A DNA stretch of 64,000 bases from Lepidodermella squamata (GCA_047495785.1 JBLDXI010000019.1:1240001-1304000); one strand, 5' to 3'. Shown: positions 39,416 to 53,132, counted from the first letter of the stretch. Translations and numbers: made by a program. The notes: a model not told the origin generated them from the sequence alone.

Positions 39416-40863
39416 TTTGTATAATATTTATTTTCAATCATAAATCAGATCTAAGGGATTGGATAATTTTGGCATGAGATAGCGAACAGCGAATGTAACA
39501 ATAATAATAAGTCACGATGGAGAAGTTCCCCGCTCACCCTAACTTTATTCATACACTTAGTCCGCAACTTCTCCAAAATCCAAAATCCAAACGCCTCGAA
39601 CTACCTTAGTCCCTAATACCTAATGTGCGACATCGTCGCAACAACGCTTAAAGGCTCCTGCAAAATTATAAATAAACCACGTCGCATGTCATGAGAAATG
39701 AACAATAACAAGGCCATACTTATTCGTAACAGTAAATATTACAACAAAAACATTCGATGAAAACTCCTAGATCGTAAATCGCAGTACGACGCAAGTGGTT
39801 AACCAGAGTCGCACCATATATGAGTGCCCTTTCGCATAATTGGAACATTGAAACACGTGGAAAATGCTAGGATCATGCATGGTGCATGGTTCTCTATGAT
39901 GGCTATAAATGGCGGCAACCCTTATGTAAAATGTCATAACTAGTCATATTTTAATATCAAGAAGTTGATCAGCGCTAACCATCAGCCCCCGCTCTTGGCT
40001 CTCAGCTTGCACCCTCGCAGGCTCAGTCTCTGCTGCACGCCAAACACTTGCTAGCGCCGAGAGCCAGTGGCCTGTGGCGGTGTCACGCCCTTCCACGGTT
40101 CTATTCTGATGATGTGGCCTCTCTCCCGCTAAGCCAGATTGGAATTTTGCTTCATTATGTTCTCACATTCCTTAAAATTTAAAAATTAATGCGTGATTAT
40201 TGCAATAACAATAAATCTTATTAATATTATAGCGATATTATTTGAAAAATTATTAACACATTGAGATAGAGGGTATATACCTTGACGTTAGGAACAAAGT
40301 TGTCGAAAAGCCGGCAACCGGCAACGGCGGCTGAAGTATTTGCGGCATAAGCGAGAGAGAGAAGAGAGAGTGGCTCAGCAGTTTTTCAGTGTCAAGCTCA
40401 CCCAGAAAAATAAATCCCGGCAACTGATTTTTCATATGGTCTTTGATCTGTATAATATTTTGGACGTGCGTAGCGGTGCTTCTTGAATTTTAAAAACTAA
40501 AAGATTGCTACTTTGTACTTGGGAATCTCTCCGCGACTGTTACGGCCGAAGATAAAGATTAATTGGGTTATATATCATTATCATTGCCGCTCTTCCCTCT
40601 TTAAGAGAGAAGAGCGGCAAGAATCGGGGCGATTCATCGCCAGGGGCGGCGGGCGGCACCCACATTGCTTCACCCTGTCGCCGTCATCGACTTAGAGGTC
40701 ACGTTTGTAGAAGCCATCAGTAGAAACCATCTGTCTACATTCTACATAGGAATTGTCCCATTGTCCCTACTCCTAACAACTCTCGCTTGCATTTCTTATC
40801 ATGATTTACAATTTACAAGCTGAGCAGATTCAGCCGTTTTTCTTATCATTGTTTTAGATTTTT

Positions 40864-41964
40864 ATGGTCACAATTGCAACAAGTGGATACGCGAAAGCCA
40901 CAGTCCCCATGACCAAGTGGATTCATACTCTTGGCGTATTCGCCGCGAATATTTGCTGCATTTTAATATTGGGCTCGCCAATTTATTTAATTAATCGTCT
41001 GGCCACACCTCACGTTAGAGGTTTTGATCCATCCTCGGCAGCAAACGCACTTCCATTTAAACCTGACACAGTAACGCCTTTAGTAGCTGCCATCGTTTCG
41101 CTGTCCACAGCACTCATTCCGATTGTTCTTCTGGAGTTGTTTGTGAAGTTTTATTTTCGATGCGAGCCAAACCCAACTCCTGGTTCCAAGTTGGACTTGG
41201 CTGCATGTTGTCGGTGCACATGGATTGTATGGGTTGCAGTTGGACGACTATTTGCTGCCTTCTTTGCGGGATATGCATTGACCGGAGTCATTACAGACAT
41301 CATAAAATATATGGTCGCTAGACCTCGACCATCATTTTTGCACATGTGCCAGCCAGATTATACAAAGACGCCTTATGAGCCTTGTATCAAGTGCGGTTCC
41401 GCAGAATCGCCTGGTGTGTTTTGGCCAATGTGTCCTGAATGCGTGTACATTCCTCCAAATTTGACATCGATTGTATGCCAACAAAGCGATTATTGGACCA
41501 AGAAAAATATGTGGTTAAGCTTTCCTAGTGGCCATTCCTCTTACACATTCTATGCTGGAACGTTTTTGGCGCTCTACTTATTCAAGCGATTGGCACAATT
41601 TCGAATCGTTGTGTTCTCCGTTGTTGCTTTGCGCCCTTTGATTGTTTTTGCTTCTGTTGTATTTTCTCTCTACGTCGGTCTATCGAGGATCTCGGATGAT
41701 CGCCATCATGTTACTGATGTCGTTGGCGGCGGCATTATTGGAGTACTTGTGGGTCTATTCTGCGCCTATTACATAGCATTCCCTTCCCTGCGAAATCTGC
41801 CAAACTACTTGCCAATTCATCGCTGCGTATCTGAGTTGGGAAAGCATGGAGACTCAGGAAACCAGGGCGCCGCGGTGCCCTTCATTGCAGATGAAAAAGC
41901 GAAAGCTGCGGGAGAAAAGTGCGCCACTGAAGTTGTAGCACCTGAGCAGGCGACGCCGTTCTAG
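40864..41964 (+). CDS. Lipid phosphate phosphatase (PLPP/PAP2/wunen family), single coding exon
   Basis: Intact C1 KYMVARPRP, C2 SFPSGH and C3 SRISDDRHHVTD; 6 TM segments. Confidence 0.92.
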   Translation: MVTIATSGYAKATVPMTKWIHTLGVFAANICCILILGSPIYLINRLATPHVRGFDPSSAANALPFKPDTVTPLVAAIVSLSTALIPIVLLELFVKFYFRCEPNPTPGSKLDLAACCRCTWIVWVAVGRLFAAFFAGYALTGVITDIIKYMVARPRPSFLHMCQPDYTKTPYEPCIKCGSAESPGVFWPMCPECVYIPPNLTSIVCQQSDYWTKKNMWLSFPSGHSSYTFYAGTFLALYLFKRLAQFRIVVFSVVALRPLIVFASVVFSLYVGLSRISDDRHHVTDVVGGGIIGVLVGLFCAYYIAFPSLRNLPNYLPIHRCVSELGKHGDSGNQGAAVPFIADEKAKAAGEKCATEVVAPEQATPF

Positions 41965-42309
41965 ACGCATGATTGAGACAAGACTGGATCAACTACTCTG
42001 TAAATCTTCGAAATAGTTCCAAACATCGATGCTTGTTTTGGCGTTTGATAATTTATTACTGTTGATTTTATATTACCTATTTATAGTCATGATAACAATT
42101 GCAATGCTCAACATTTACTGCAATCTCGATATTACTTGTTGATTCTCTTATACTCAACGAAGTCACCGCGACTTATTTCTCGGTGTTTTCGTGTTCTTGC
42201 AAATTTTTGCGTTTCAGCCACTATAGCGCTTTTGGTTACAAGCGTGTGCAAGTTATTAAAATAAATCACCCGCATATATTTTTTGTTTTCAAATTAGGAT
42301 AATTTTAAC

Positions 42310-43061
42310 ATGTCATCCAGCCGAAAGAATTCGCATTCGAAGCCGAAAAATTCCTATAATATTGTCGTTGTAGGGCGAGGAGGTGTCGGCAAAAGTGCCA
42401 TTACCATTCAGTTCATTCAATCTTACTTTGTGACAGGTGAGTTAGCGAATCTTGATTAAAAATATTGTGATGACTGAACTTTTATGCTAGATTATGATCC
42501 GACTATCGAGGACTCCTATACTAAGCAGATGATCATAGACAACGAGCTCGCCCGACTAGACAGTTAGTTAATTTTCTCACTCTGAAAATCGCTTATAAAT
42601 TTGATTATTTTTACCTCTCAATAGTATTGGACACAGCAGGCCAAGACGAGTTTGTAGCTATGCAAGAGCAACATTTTCGTACCGGCGATGGATTTTTAGT
42701 CGTATTCGCCCTCGATGATTCATCTAGCCTGGAGGAAGCATCAGAACTAGTGAAGAAAATAAAGCGATCGCGCGACGATGGCTCCTCCAACCGTCAGATC
42801 TCTGGGCTTCTAGTAGGAAATAAATCTGATTTGGCTAATCGTCGCTGTGTTTCTTCGCGGGACGCCGAGGCTTTCGCGCGCCAACTCGGCCTTGGCTACA
42901 TAGAAACCAGCGCAAAAAATCGCTTCAACGTTGATGCTTGCTTTGCAGAGTTAGTTCGACTTATCCGTGTTCGAAGACAGCAGGATAACCAATCTAATGG
43001 CAGCCGGAAGAAGAGTAAATACGGAAACAAATCTACCAAGTCGTCTTGCGTTTTACTCTGA
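42310..43061 (+). CDS. RRAS2: R-Ras/TC21-like small GTPase, 3 exons
   Basis: [51 protein letters not shown]; CAAX box CVLL. Confidence 0.8.
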
Positions 43062-44422
43062 GTGATTGGTTGGTTATCCCATGCGTCTAGTCACAGCGTT
43101 GTTTTTTTATTAATTACCCAATATTATGGGAGATATTACAGTTCACAATGCCGCAGTGAAAACTGCGATTTTATTTGGATACGCACATAGCTCTGTGATT
43201 ATGGAAGTTATAGCTCGCTTATACGAATCATATTCTACAGATTTCCCTTTATTTCTATTATTTGCTTCAAAAATGGTTACGCAATTATTGTTATAGAGTA
43301 GATTTATTATTTTTAATTGATTTTTTTTCACTTTGCTTTATTATTTACTGCTTATTGACTTTCATTTTGTGCCCTTATATCTCAAACTACCTCTGTTTGG
43401 ATTTGATCTGCTAATCCTTGTTTTACCATCTCTTGATGAAGATCTTATGTAGTCTTGTATTCCCAAAGCAATAACATTGCATAACAGCGCTTTGGCTCGA
43501 GTTGAAGATCATATTCCCTTTGGTGCTAAAGTCTTCGAATTCTACGTCTGCAATTACAAATTGCTGCTTTTGTAAATATTATTACGATGCGCTTCACTTT
43601 TGTATACAGTATTAATAATTGAGTGACTGAAGATTGCAATTTCGTGGGCTTGTGATGCCTGATGACAATTTATTTGATGAGTAATAGAGAAACTTTATTA
43701 GCATCAATTTTCGCGTGCGAGTTGGAGCTCAAAATTTTGTTATAAAACACTTAATATGCTACAAATTATATCGGATTGCGACACGATGATACCTCAAGTT
43801 TTTAATGTGCTGTTGAATTGACGTATTCTTTTTGTTTGGGCTTCATCTGCGGTCGAAATACTTTCTTAATTGGCAGTTGCTTAGATGAAGTAAAGTGGAA
43901 GAGGGATTTAAATAAAACATGGTATAATTGAGATGTTTTGGCGCTCTGAAATAACTTTTCATGAAAGCATTGCAGCAGTGAAGCTTTTTCGACGGTTGAA
44001 TCGGTAAACAGCTTATAGGAACTGGATCTGACTTGGAGGTTTGAAAAGCTTTCGATAATTAAATGGCGCTCCACAAAAAACCGGTATCTCATGAAAATTG
44101 TATTTTTATAATGCTCATCAGTAAAAAACGAATATGATTCGATAAAATAATTTGAATAATTCCAGCCCATCTAAGACATAAGTTCAAATGTTTGATGGGG
44201 CCACTTGAAGAAAACTAGCCGGAAGCCATCAATGTTAAGTGCGCTGAATACATCGAATTTGCGCGCTTAAAACAATACAAATGACTCGCAACTGATGAAC
44301 TCGTTATCAGATATTTAGCCTAAAATTATGTACATTTATTTAGTATATTTCATATTAATCCGCATGATATTCAACGATCGCGATACCGATAGAGTCCATA
44401 GTCGCCGCCGATTATTATAGGC

Positions 44423-44899
44423 TCAACCAAGTCTCGGGCGAGGACTCCGGCAGCGACCGGGGCCAAAAACGGATATTTGCGCGCATCTTGAAAAAAAATA
44501 AGTGATGATATTTTCATTGAAAACATTGCGGTATTTCTTTTGAAACTTACATCAATCCTGGGCAGCATACCATACTCAAGCTGAGAGTGCAATCAATCAA
44601 GTTATCAATCATTCAAAATTGTTGGCAAATCATGCTTACCTGTTAGGCTTCTTTTGGCATACGCCGTCATACTTGGAGCATACTCCCAATACCTCCTGCA
44701 TTATTTCGTCGGAGTCTGAGCGCACTCGGCGCGGAACAAATACTGTAATTAAAAGAGTAGTAACGGAATGTGTGAACGGCGCATAGTAGAAATGAATCGA
44801 CTCACCATCAACATCAACAAGTTGCGGTACGGCAGAAATCATAATCAAGTTAAGCGCCACTGCAGCCACAAATACCGTTAGCCAGGTGGTATAAGCCAT
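44423..44899 (-). CDS. Secreted inhibitor-cystine-knot (knottin)-like prepropeptide, 96 aa, 4 exons (44899-44806, 44742-44640, 44580-44551, 44486-44423)
   Basis: Spliced product MAYTTWLTVFVAAVALNLIMISAVPQLVDVDVFVPRRVRSDSDEIMQEVLGVCSKYDGVCQKKPNSLSMVCCPGLICAQISVFGPGRCRSPRPRLG*. Three GT-AG introns of 63, 59 and 64 nt, all with matching phases. Confidence 0.85.
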
Positions 44900-44975
44900 G
44901 ATTCGAAGCAATAAAGGTATCTTTCAGCAAAATAACCAAATACGTTCTATAAAACCTATGAAGAGAAGCTGGGAG

Positions 44976-44983
44976 TTTATATA
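44976..44983 (-). promoter_or_regulatory. TATA box of the knottin gene
   Basis: TATATAAA on the minus strand about 77 nt upstream of the ATG; AATAAA on the minus strand at 44335-44340, downstream of the stop. Confidence 0.6.
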
Positions 44984-46713
44984 GGGCCCATGTGTGATTG
45001 ATTTGGCTACTCTCCACGGGTCATTTGAAATTTTAAACCGAATTGACGTGGAAATGCGCGACTATAAACAACTCTGAATCATCGGAAAATCTAATCAAGA
45101 CATTTCCAAGCATAAAGAGCAGACAGGTTCAATTTTCTTAATGAACGTGAATAGCATCTATTTATTTTGCGATTATTATATCATGTCGCTTTAAAAGCTA
45201 AAATGTGCCAAGAATTTCGATCCGCATTGTCAGCGAAGGGCTAGGGGCGATAGAGTCGTCGAAAGAAAAAACAGCGGAAAGCGCTGTCGATCATGGCATG
45301 TCGCATGGGGAAAGGCAGGCGCGTGACGGAGAAGAAAACAGAAGCGGGGAAGAAAATATGATGAATGCAAAGCTTTTTATTCGGTATACCCATCATCGAC
45401 TGCTGCATATTTGACAAGCTAGAGATGGGGAGTTGACGCCCTATGATCCTATACTTCATTCAGAAGCGTTCATTCCTCTAGGGCGGCACTATTATCAGCT
45501 GGACGCATAATAATAACCGAAGAAAAACGATGTGCAAATGGCAAATTGATTGATTTTTTCCATGCGACTGCAGAGTTATTTTATTATTAGAACGACATTT
45601 CCTCGCCAGCAGTTCCCTTGTTTTGGTACAAATAATTGGTTTGTTTGTGTACGCTAATGCGAAAACGTCTCCCATATTTCGGACGACGATACAAGAAAAA
45701 AGCTAAAACGGCCAAAAGCGTAGGCGGCAAGATACCGCCTACAAATCGCGTGCTCATGCGCTTTCGCCTTCGCGCCGTGGTGTCAAATTCGACTGTAATA
45801 TGCGAGACGCAGCTCGTAGTAACTTAATAGCGAATAGCAATAACCTCCTTTGCCGCCAGATCCACACAAGAACCAACAACCGAACGTACTATAATTGCTA
45901 TGAAAGGGACCCCGCGTGAAATCGTGGAATTCCAGCTTGGATATGTAAAATTTTCCCACGTCTAGCGCATCATAAGCAGCTGAAGGCTTCTAAATGAAAT
46001 TAGCGGGCTACTGTACACGTTCGCGACGATAAAGAATTTTATTGCTTTCATCAGTTGCCACCGTGAATTACGCGCTTGTCCGTCGATGAGCATTCGCAAA
46101 TTTTGTCGGATTATTATCGATATAAGATATACTTATAATGCATGTAAGAGTAGACTGACCATCTTGACCGAATTATAGAAGCAATCAATATTTGATCCGA
46201 ACGAGAAATACCGCTGATCCACGATTGAACGCCGCATATCACATATATGATGTGCGGAAATGAGACACCCACGTTCGATTCATAATTCCCATATTGGAAA
46301 ATATAGCTTTTCGCTCTGGTTCCGAATGTCCCCCATCTCCCACCTGCGTTTCTCGATTACAAAATAATTAGGCTAAAATGCAGATCGCATTGACTGAGAT
46401 GGCAGGACGATAGTCCCAGGCGAGAAAGTCTCATTACTCAAACCTTTTGCAATCACTTTCAAGTGCTATCCATACTGGGCCGGTTGAGCAAATATACAAG
46501 TGCGAATAAAAAAGACCGCGATTACTATTTACCATGAAATTTTTATTTGTGAATCAACATCTGTTTCGAATATTATTCAAAATTGGAAATATACGGTTTG
46601 CATGAAATAAAAATCAATTAATTGATTCATCACAAAATAAGTTCTTCGGATAATTCACTAAAATTAGCGGACCGAAGCATTTAGCCTCAGTCCTCAAAAC
46701 ACAAATAATGAGA

Positions 46714-49700
46714 TCAGTAAACTGGCGGAGTGTCTTTCAAAGAGAAAAACTTTTCCATTTGCGAGTCAAAGTCTTTTGGATAACGCAGAGATGGCTCTTT
46801 GAAGTTGATGGTCACGTGTTTAGCTAAACTTTCGGTTAACGAACAAGCGCGATCAAATTCATCCAACAACCGCTTGTATTTTTGCCTCGAGTAATGAGTC
46901 GCGGGCAAATTGGGATTGAATGCCTTTAGATGTAGCGCAACGTAGAGCGTTGCGGAACGAGACGGAGTAGCAAATGGTAGCTTAGGCTTTCGGCAACCAG
47001 CGGCCGTAAGTGCCTTGACTAGCGCATTCGCTGTCGTTTGCTCAAGGTAGCCCAGGGCTGGTAAGGCATCCAACGGTAGCGGCTCTTTTGGCGGTGGCAA
47101 CTTATGGGGCAAGGCCAAGTCAGCGTACATTACTGGTGTCCTAGCGAGAGAAAAATAATAATGAATTCAAAAGTTTAACAAATTTCAAGTTTCCAACTTA
47201 CTTCATGAATTTCTTCAATTCCTCCTCCCCGGCAAAAAGGTACAATTTATTGTTGTAGCCAACCGCAAACTGCTTGCTGCCTGTCACTAAAGCTTCGTAA
47301 CGCAATTTTCCGTCTTTGAACGTTACAGCACAGTAACCACCCATCGCTAACGGCAAGTTAGACTGGGCGTCAACTTTCAGCCTCTGAGGCAACAAGTGAG
47401 GCGGTGGTAGCGAGTTAGGCGCCAGAGGTGGAATGTAATGGTCCGGATTTTCCAAAAATGCCTCGAGGTTCTCCTTCGAAGCGCAGCGATAGTAGAACCC
47501 GGCGTACTCCGCAGAATTGACCATCGCCAAATCATCCGCGCAATTCATCAACTCGCCACGGGCTAGCGCCACAGGGCAGTAGTGGCCAAATTCTGATAGT
47601 TTATCGGACAACTCAGCTGGGCGGATGCATAGTCCGAAAATAGGCGCGGCTTTGCCAACTAGAGCTCGCGATAAATACCGTTGAACAGCCATTATCGACT
47701 CACGAACTGATTGCAAACTGCGCTCCCAAATCGCCCATCTATTCGCGAACCCGTCGATGCAACTGAATGAGCCTGGGTGCTGGACCTCGTACCACTGCTT
47801 TATCAGTGGCATTTGTTGGCGGTGAGCCGCCAGCTTCAGGGCGAGAATTTGAGCGGAGTCATGGAGGACTAAGGTCCTGTCACGCGATGTTCGATCACGC
47901 AGGCCTCGCGTCATGACCTCCTCACTAGATACAAACAGCTCGATCATGCGGAAAGGCGTGATTCGAGCCGCAGTTAGCAGCTCAGCCTGAACCCGAGTAG
48001 TCGGCCATCCGTCCAAGACTAGAATTTATATAAAATCATAATATAGGGCTAAAAAAATTAGCAAAATAATACCATATCCCCGAGTTCGGCAACCAGTTTG
48101 GCCGAGAATTGAAGCCTCGATTGCGGCCACTACCAATTCATCAGGAACCGTTTTGCCAATGCGAAGGAAAGATTCAATGTTTCTAGCCAGTTCAGTGTCC
48201 GGCTCGTTCGCTATCAGCCATCTCATAGCCTCACCAGCCGATAATCTAATAACGTTAAGTTTTTCCGCAAATCTTTTTGCTAGGGTGGTTTTTCCTGATT
48301 TTGGCGGCCCAACGATAGCCAAACGGATCGGGACAACAGGTGGTGGGTCTTGAACTTTGTCCGCCACGTATTTAAGCGGCTCGTGCTGAAACTGTTTCCG
48401 CGCATCCGCCGACGAGAAGAAATAGATGTAGGAGCGATATACTGCTGGGTAAATAGTCGCAGGAGGGTCCCATATCGGCGGAATGCATTCGCCCTCAGCC
48501 AACTTGACCGGGCACCATCTGCCAAATCGGCTAAGCCGCTTGTAGCCGGTTGCCAATAATTTTTCTGCAACTTCTGGCTTCACATTGACTGGGCGCTCGA
48601 AAATACTAGGCCGCCATTCGATGAACTGGCGAAGCTTCTTCGACAAGGCGTACCGAACAATATGAGGCTTCCGAGCCGCATCGACCTCAATCGAAGGCAC
48701 CCTGATTTCCTGCAACACATCTCGAATCACCTCTTGGGAAGTTTTTTCGGCTTCGCAAAATTCTGCGATCTCAGCTTCAAGGCGGTCTTTGGCATCCGCT
48801 TCAGTCTCTTGCTCTTCTTCCTCTTCAGCTTCCTCTTCAGGGAATTCCTCAGCAAGCGCAGCATCAACTTCAGTGGCATCAATGATAGCGTAATCCTCTT
48901 CTTCTTCGGGTTGCTCCTCTTCTTCGGCTTCTTCCTCTTCCTCTTCATCATTTGCCAGCTTTCTAGCTTCACGTTCAGCTTTTTCCTGGGCTCGTTGAGC
49001 AGCTCGTTCAGCTAGAAGCTGTTCGCGACGCTTAGCCATCAAAATTAGCCGCTGTTTCTTCCTAGCCTCGGCCACAAGATTTTTCTGAACTTTTTGCTTC
49101 TCACGGCGCTTGAGCCAGGCATCCATACGTCCTGGTAGCAACCGCGATACAACGTCATTGGGGTTGACAGACAAGAAGACGACGCAATCTGGGTAGAGTC
49201 CACTGTCAGCCATCCAGCGCATTTCCGCCTCGGTCCTCGGAAAGCCTTCCATTATAAACCCAGATGACCTAAAACGAGCGTAATTACTAACATAATCGAG
49301 CAATTACCAGTTTCGAAACTAACTTGAACAAATCCTTGGTGAAAAAGTCGTTTAGGATGAATTCCAGAACATTGTTTGGCAGAGAGGTCGGGTCAGCCAT
49401 TTCAAGGTTATCTCTTATCGCTTGTTCGATTTCATTCAGCTGCGGTTCTTCCGGCTCGTTAGGGGCGCTACTTTCGTTCCCAGCGCTAGTTTCAGCCCCG
49501 GGTCGGGTTGTCGTTTCAGTATCGTCACCACGGCTTTCAGGTACTTCATTGCCATCCGAGCCAGCGGTCTCAGGAGCTCTCTGCAACTCGGTAATTATCT
49601 TGCTTACTTCGGTGTCTTTTTTAACAAGCTCATTCCATTCCTCCTATAAGACAAACGTACCAACAAGAAATTGATCAAATAATCTAAACACACCAAAGCC

Positions 49701-52700
49701 AATCAAACCTGATCTTTCTGCTCGGGGCCAACTCTTTTCCCAAGTTTCGCCAGCATGATTTCCTGCATTCGTTCGCGAAAATTGACGTAAAACACGTTGA
49801 GCTTTTGAGCCAGCTGGCGGCCCTGTAACGTCTTGCCACTGCCTTTTGGTCCAATCAAACACAACCGGAGTGGAGGCGGTTTTGGAGGTGAATTTTGGGG
49901 AACATAGCTCATCGGGTTAGCAAGGAACTTTTCTCGGGCTTCTTCGTTGGAGAAATAATACACCCTTTCGCGATATTTCGCTGCGATGTCTGGATTCCCG
50001 GGGGCAAGAATGTCCCGCTCAGCGAGTTGAACTGGGCAAAATTCAGCTGTTTCGCCGAAAAATCTTTTGCTTTCAGTAGTTCGCTCTTCCTCGCCTTCAG
50101 CTTCTTCTCCGCCCTCCTCTTCGTCCTCTTGATCGGCCTCTGCATCCACATCCTCCTCTTCCGCGTCAGCCGGACCGAATTCCCAGCCAACATATCGGAA
50201 CGGTGCCTCGAGCTGCTTGAACGCACCTTCAAGAAGCTGCTCTGGAGACGGGTGCGCTTCGATGTTAATGACGATAGGATCAGCGGCAAACGGCGAGGTG
50301 GGTGGAACAACTTGACGGAGCAAGGGAACAACATTTCCGTTCCAGTCGGATTCAATGTCACTCAGCTCTTTTCTAAAGGCTTCGATTTCAGCGTAATCCA
50401 CAATGATGTCTGGATTTTCAGCCGATTCTGTCACGAATTTTTCGAAGGCCACGAGATCAACATCAGATTCTTCGATTGGCGGAAGTTCTTCCAATTCTGG
50501 TATTGGCTCTACTAAGCCATCCATTCCATCGGCGCCGGCTTCCGGATTAGGGTTGCCAGCAGCAGCCGCTGCAAGCGCAGCCATTTCTTGCTGGCGCTGT
50601 ACGTCTTCCTCGTATTTCCGTCGCCTTTCGATCTCCAAAGCCGCTCGTCTAGCCTCAGCTTCCCGAGTAATACGCTGCCTGATTTGAGAGATAACGGTGC
50701 TGCGATTAGCCAAAAACCAGCGCTTAACCAATTCTTGGTAGCGATCGGTTCCATCTTTCAAGTAAACAATGTGATCTGGGAAAGTATCGCTGGAGCCAAG
50801 TTCTTGCCATTGATCTTTAGAATGCGGGAATCCGTCTAATATCCAGCCTCCCGCCGCTTTGAATCCAAGACGTGCCGAGCTCCTCTCTTCTGCGATCCGC
50901 ACAGCTTCCCGGCAAGTTTCAACCCAAGCCGAAGCGGGTAACGTTATTTCTCGTTTGCGGAAATCAGCCATTGTTTGGTTCACTAATGCAACCACTTCTG
51001 GATCTGTTTCGGAAACTGTGACCTCAGGCGCAGCATCTTCTTCAGTTTTTTCAGAATCAAGCGTCGTTGCCATGCCTTCTACGTTTTCTTCTGTTTCGCC
51101 AATAGGTTCTAATCCACCGAGTGGCTTCGAAGTTTCGACCTCTTCACCTGCCGCTCCAGCCTCCTCGGCGACGCGCCGAACCAAGGATGCGGCTTTTTTC
51201 TGCGCGAGAGCCTCCATTCGCATCGTGCGCACGCGATCGATTGCCGCTATTAAAGTCTGTGTTTGCATCTCAGCGTCAAGCCTAATTCGCTCTTCCTCGA
51301 GCTTCGGAGCCATCAGTTTCTTCACATCTATCACCAAGGCGCCGTAACGGCGAGCCAAAAGTTCAGCAAGCGTGGATTTTCCAGACATGCTCATTCCTGT
51401 TATGACGAATTTGCACGGTGGACGAGGATGAGGAGGAAGTAAGTAGGGCCTCGGATTGGCAATAAATTGGTTTGCGGCATCTAGACTCGACAGTACGTAA
51501 ATTTTATCCAAAAACTGAACTGAATGAACAGGTGGACTCTTGTAAAGCTCGCCACTTCGCAATTTAACGGGACAGGATAGAAGCCATTTGGACCGGCGCC
51601 AACGAAATCTTGGAGCGGGGCGTTTCCGCGAACTTAGCGAACGCAGTACTTCATCCGCATCTGCATCTTCAGCTATCGCTGCGCCTTCTTCTTCCTCTTC
51701 CTCCTCAGCCTCTTCTTCCATGCGGGCAATTTCTTCCTCCTCCCCTCCCTCTTCGGGTTGTTCGGCTTCCTCGTCCTCCACAGCAACATTTCTTTCGCGT
51801 CGAACTTTGAAAAACCTTTGTGGAACAACGGCAGGTGTGATCGGATGACAGCGCAGAAATAACAGCAGTTGGTTGAATACTGTAGGAGGCGCTTGATTTC
51901 CATCCAATTCCAAAACATGAGGCTGTTGATGACCTAAGACGAAAGATAAGATAACCGTTTAATCGAATAGATTTCATCATTGAGCTCCAACCTGCAACAA
52001 AATCCTCAACAGCTTGCAAGGCATTTTCTCTGAACATTCTTATCAGAAGTTGAACATTCTGCTCGAGGTCTTCTGGCCGAGAAACGAGGCGTTTTACTAT
52101 TTCAGGTGGAACGGGGGGAAACTCCATTTTCGCCGCCTGCGAAGAAAGTCATCGAATAATGGAATAAACTTTTACTATTACTTACAGCTTCACGGGGATC
52201 CTCTTGTGCTTCCTCTTCTTCAACTTCTTCGTCTTCTTCCTCCCCATCCTTCTTCTCGACTTCAGGCTGAAAAAAATGCAGCCGGCGCATTTGGAAAAAT
52301 CGTTGATAATCCAAAAATTACCTTATCCGGTGGTGGCGGAGGATCGTAAGCACGCTTCACGTAAAGCGCACCAGAGATTGGATCAGTCTTTTGAGTCACG
52401 CGTCTTATAATCAAGTCAGAATCCGAAACCTAAAATGAGTGACCTTTCATACATGTGTTTAAATATTTAAAAAATTTACTCTAATGTATATGATGAAATG
52501 TGGAGGAATAGGTAACGAGTTGAAAAAGTTCAATTGTTCGACTGGTGATAAGTCGAGGCGATTGGTTGGAGTGGGAATATCGTCAAGGACATAACCTACA
52601 TATAGAGAGAATAGAAGTTATGATAAGGTGATCTCATGGATAGAAGGTCAGCTATTGACGACGTAGCAGAAAATTTTACCTCGGTGTGCCACCTCGGGAG

Positions 52701-53132
52701 ATCCTATTTTATTTTTAATCAATTCCATGACAGTTTCCTCGGTGATAGCATTGCCGCTGATTAGCGTTTCTTGGAGTTGCTTGCCCATGGGAGTCTTCTT
52801 CGTTATTTGTTCTTGAATAACAGACATCCCTGAAATGAAATAAAAAGTTGCTAAACAGAGTTTGAGAACGCGCAATTTGAATTATTACCATTAATTAGCT
52901 CCGCTTTCCAATGTTCAGCCAATTTCTTGGCAACAGTGGATTTCCCCGAGCCAGGTTTGCCGAGAACAATGAAGCTCACGGGAGTAGTTAATAAATATTT
53001 TACTTCCGCTTTGTCCTCATTGTACAAATCTGTCACAGCTGATTCAACCTCTTCGGTGAGCTGCTTCGCTTTCAAAGCTGTCTCATTATCAGAAATGTTA
53101 ACGCTGATACTTTGTGCCGACTTAGTCTCCAT
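46714..53132 (-). CDS. AK9: Adenylate kinase 9 (multi-AK-domain ciliary protein), multi-exon
   Basis: Several P-loops (GKPGSGKST, GMSMSGKST, GPKGSGKT, GPPKSGKTT), YHS-like CPV..FxxNP motifs, Glu-rich linkers, C-terminal LPHKLPP...GYLEQ...LHLKAFNP. Confidence 0.93.

Noticed and set aside
44371-44592. ORF-track 73-aa ORF and the overlapping 44636-44911 ORF as separate genes
   Set aside because: They read through introns, and the first is in the wrong frame. The spliced model in another frame gives the coherent knottin precursor.
48153-52410. Many antisense or alternative-frame ORFs over AK9 (likewise over DENND5, SEC63 and MYPT1)
   Set aside because: Shadow ORFs of long Glu/Ser-rich coding exons.
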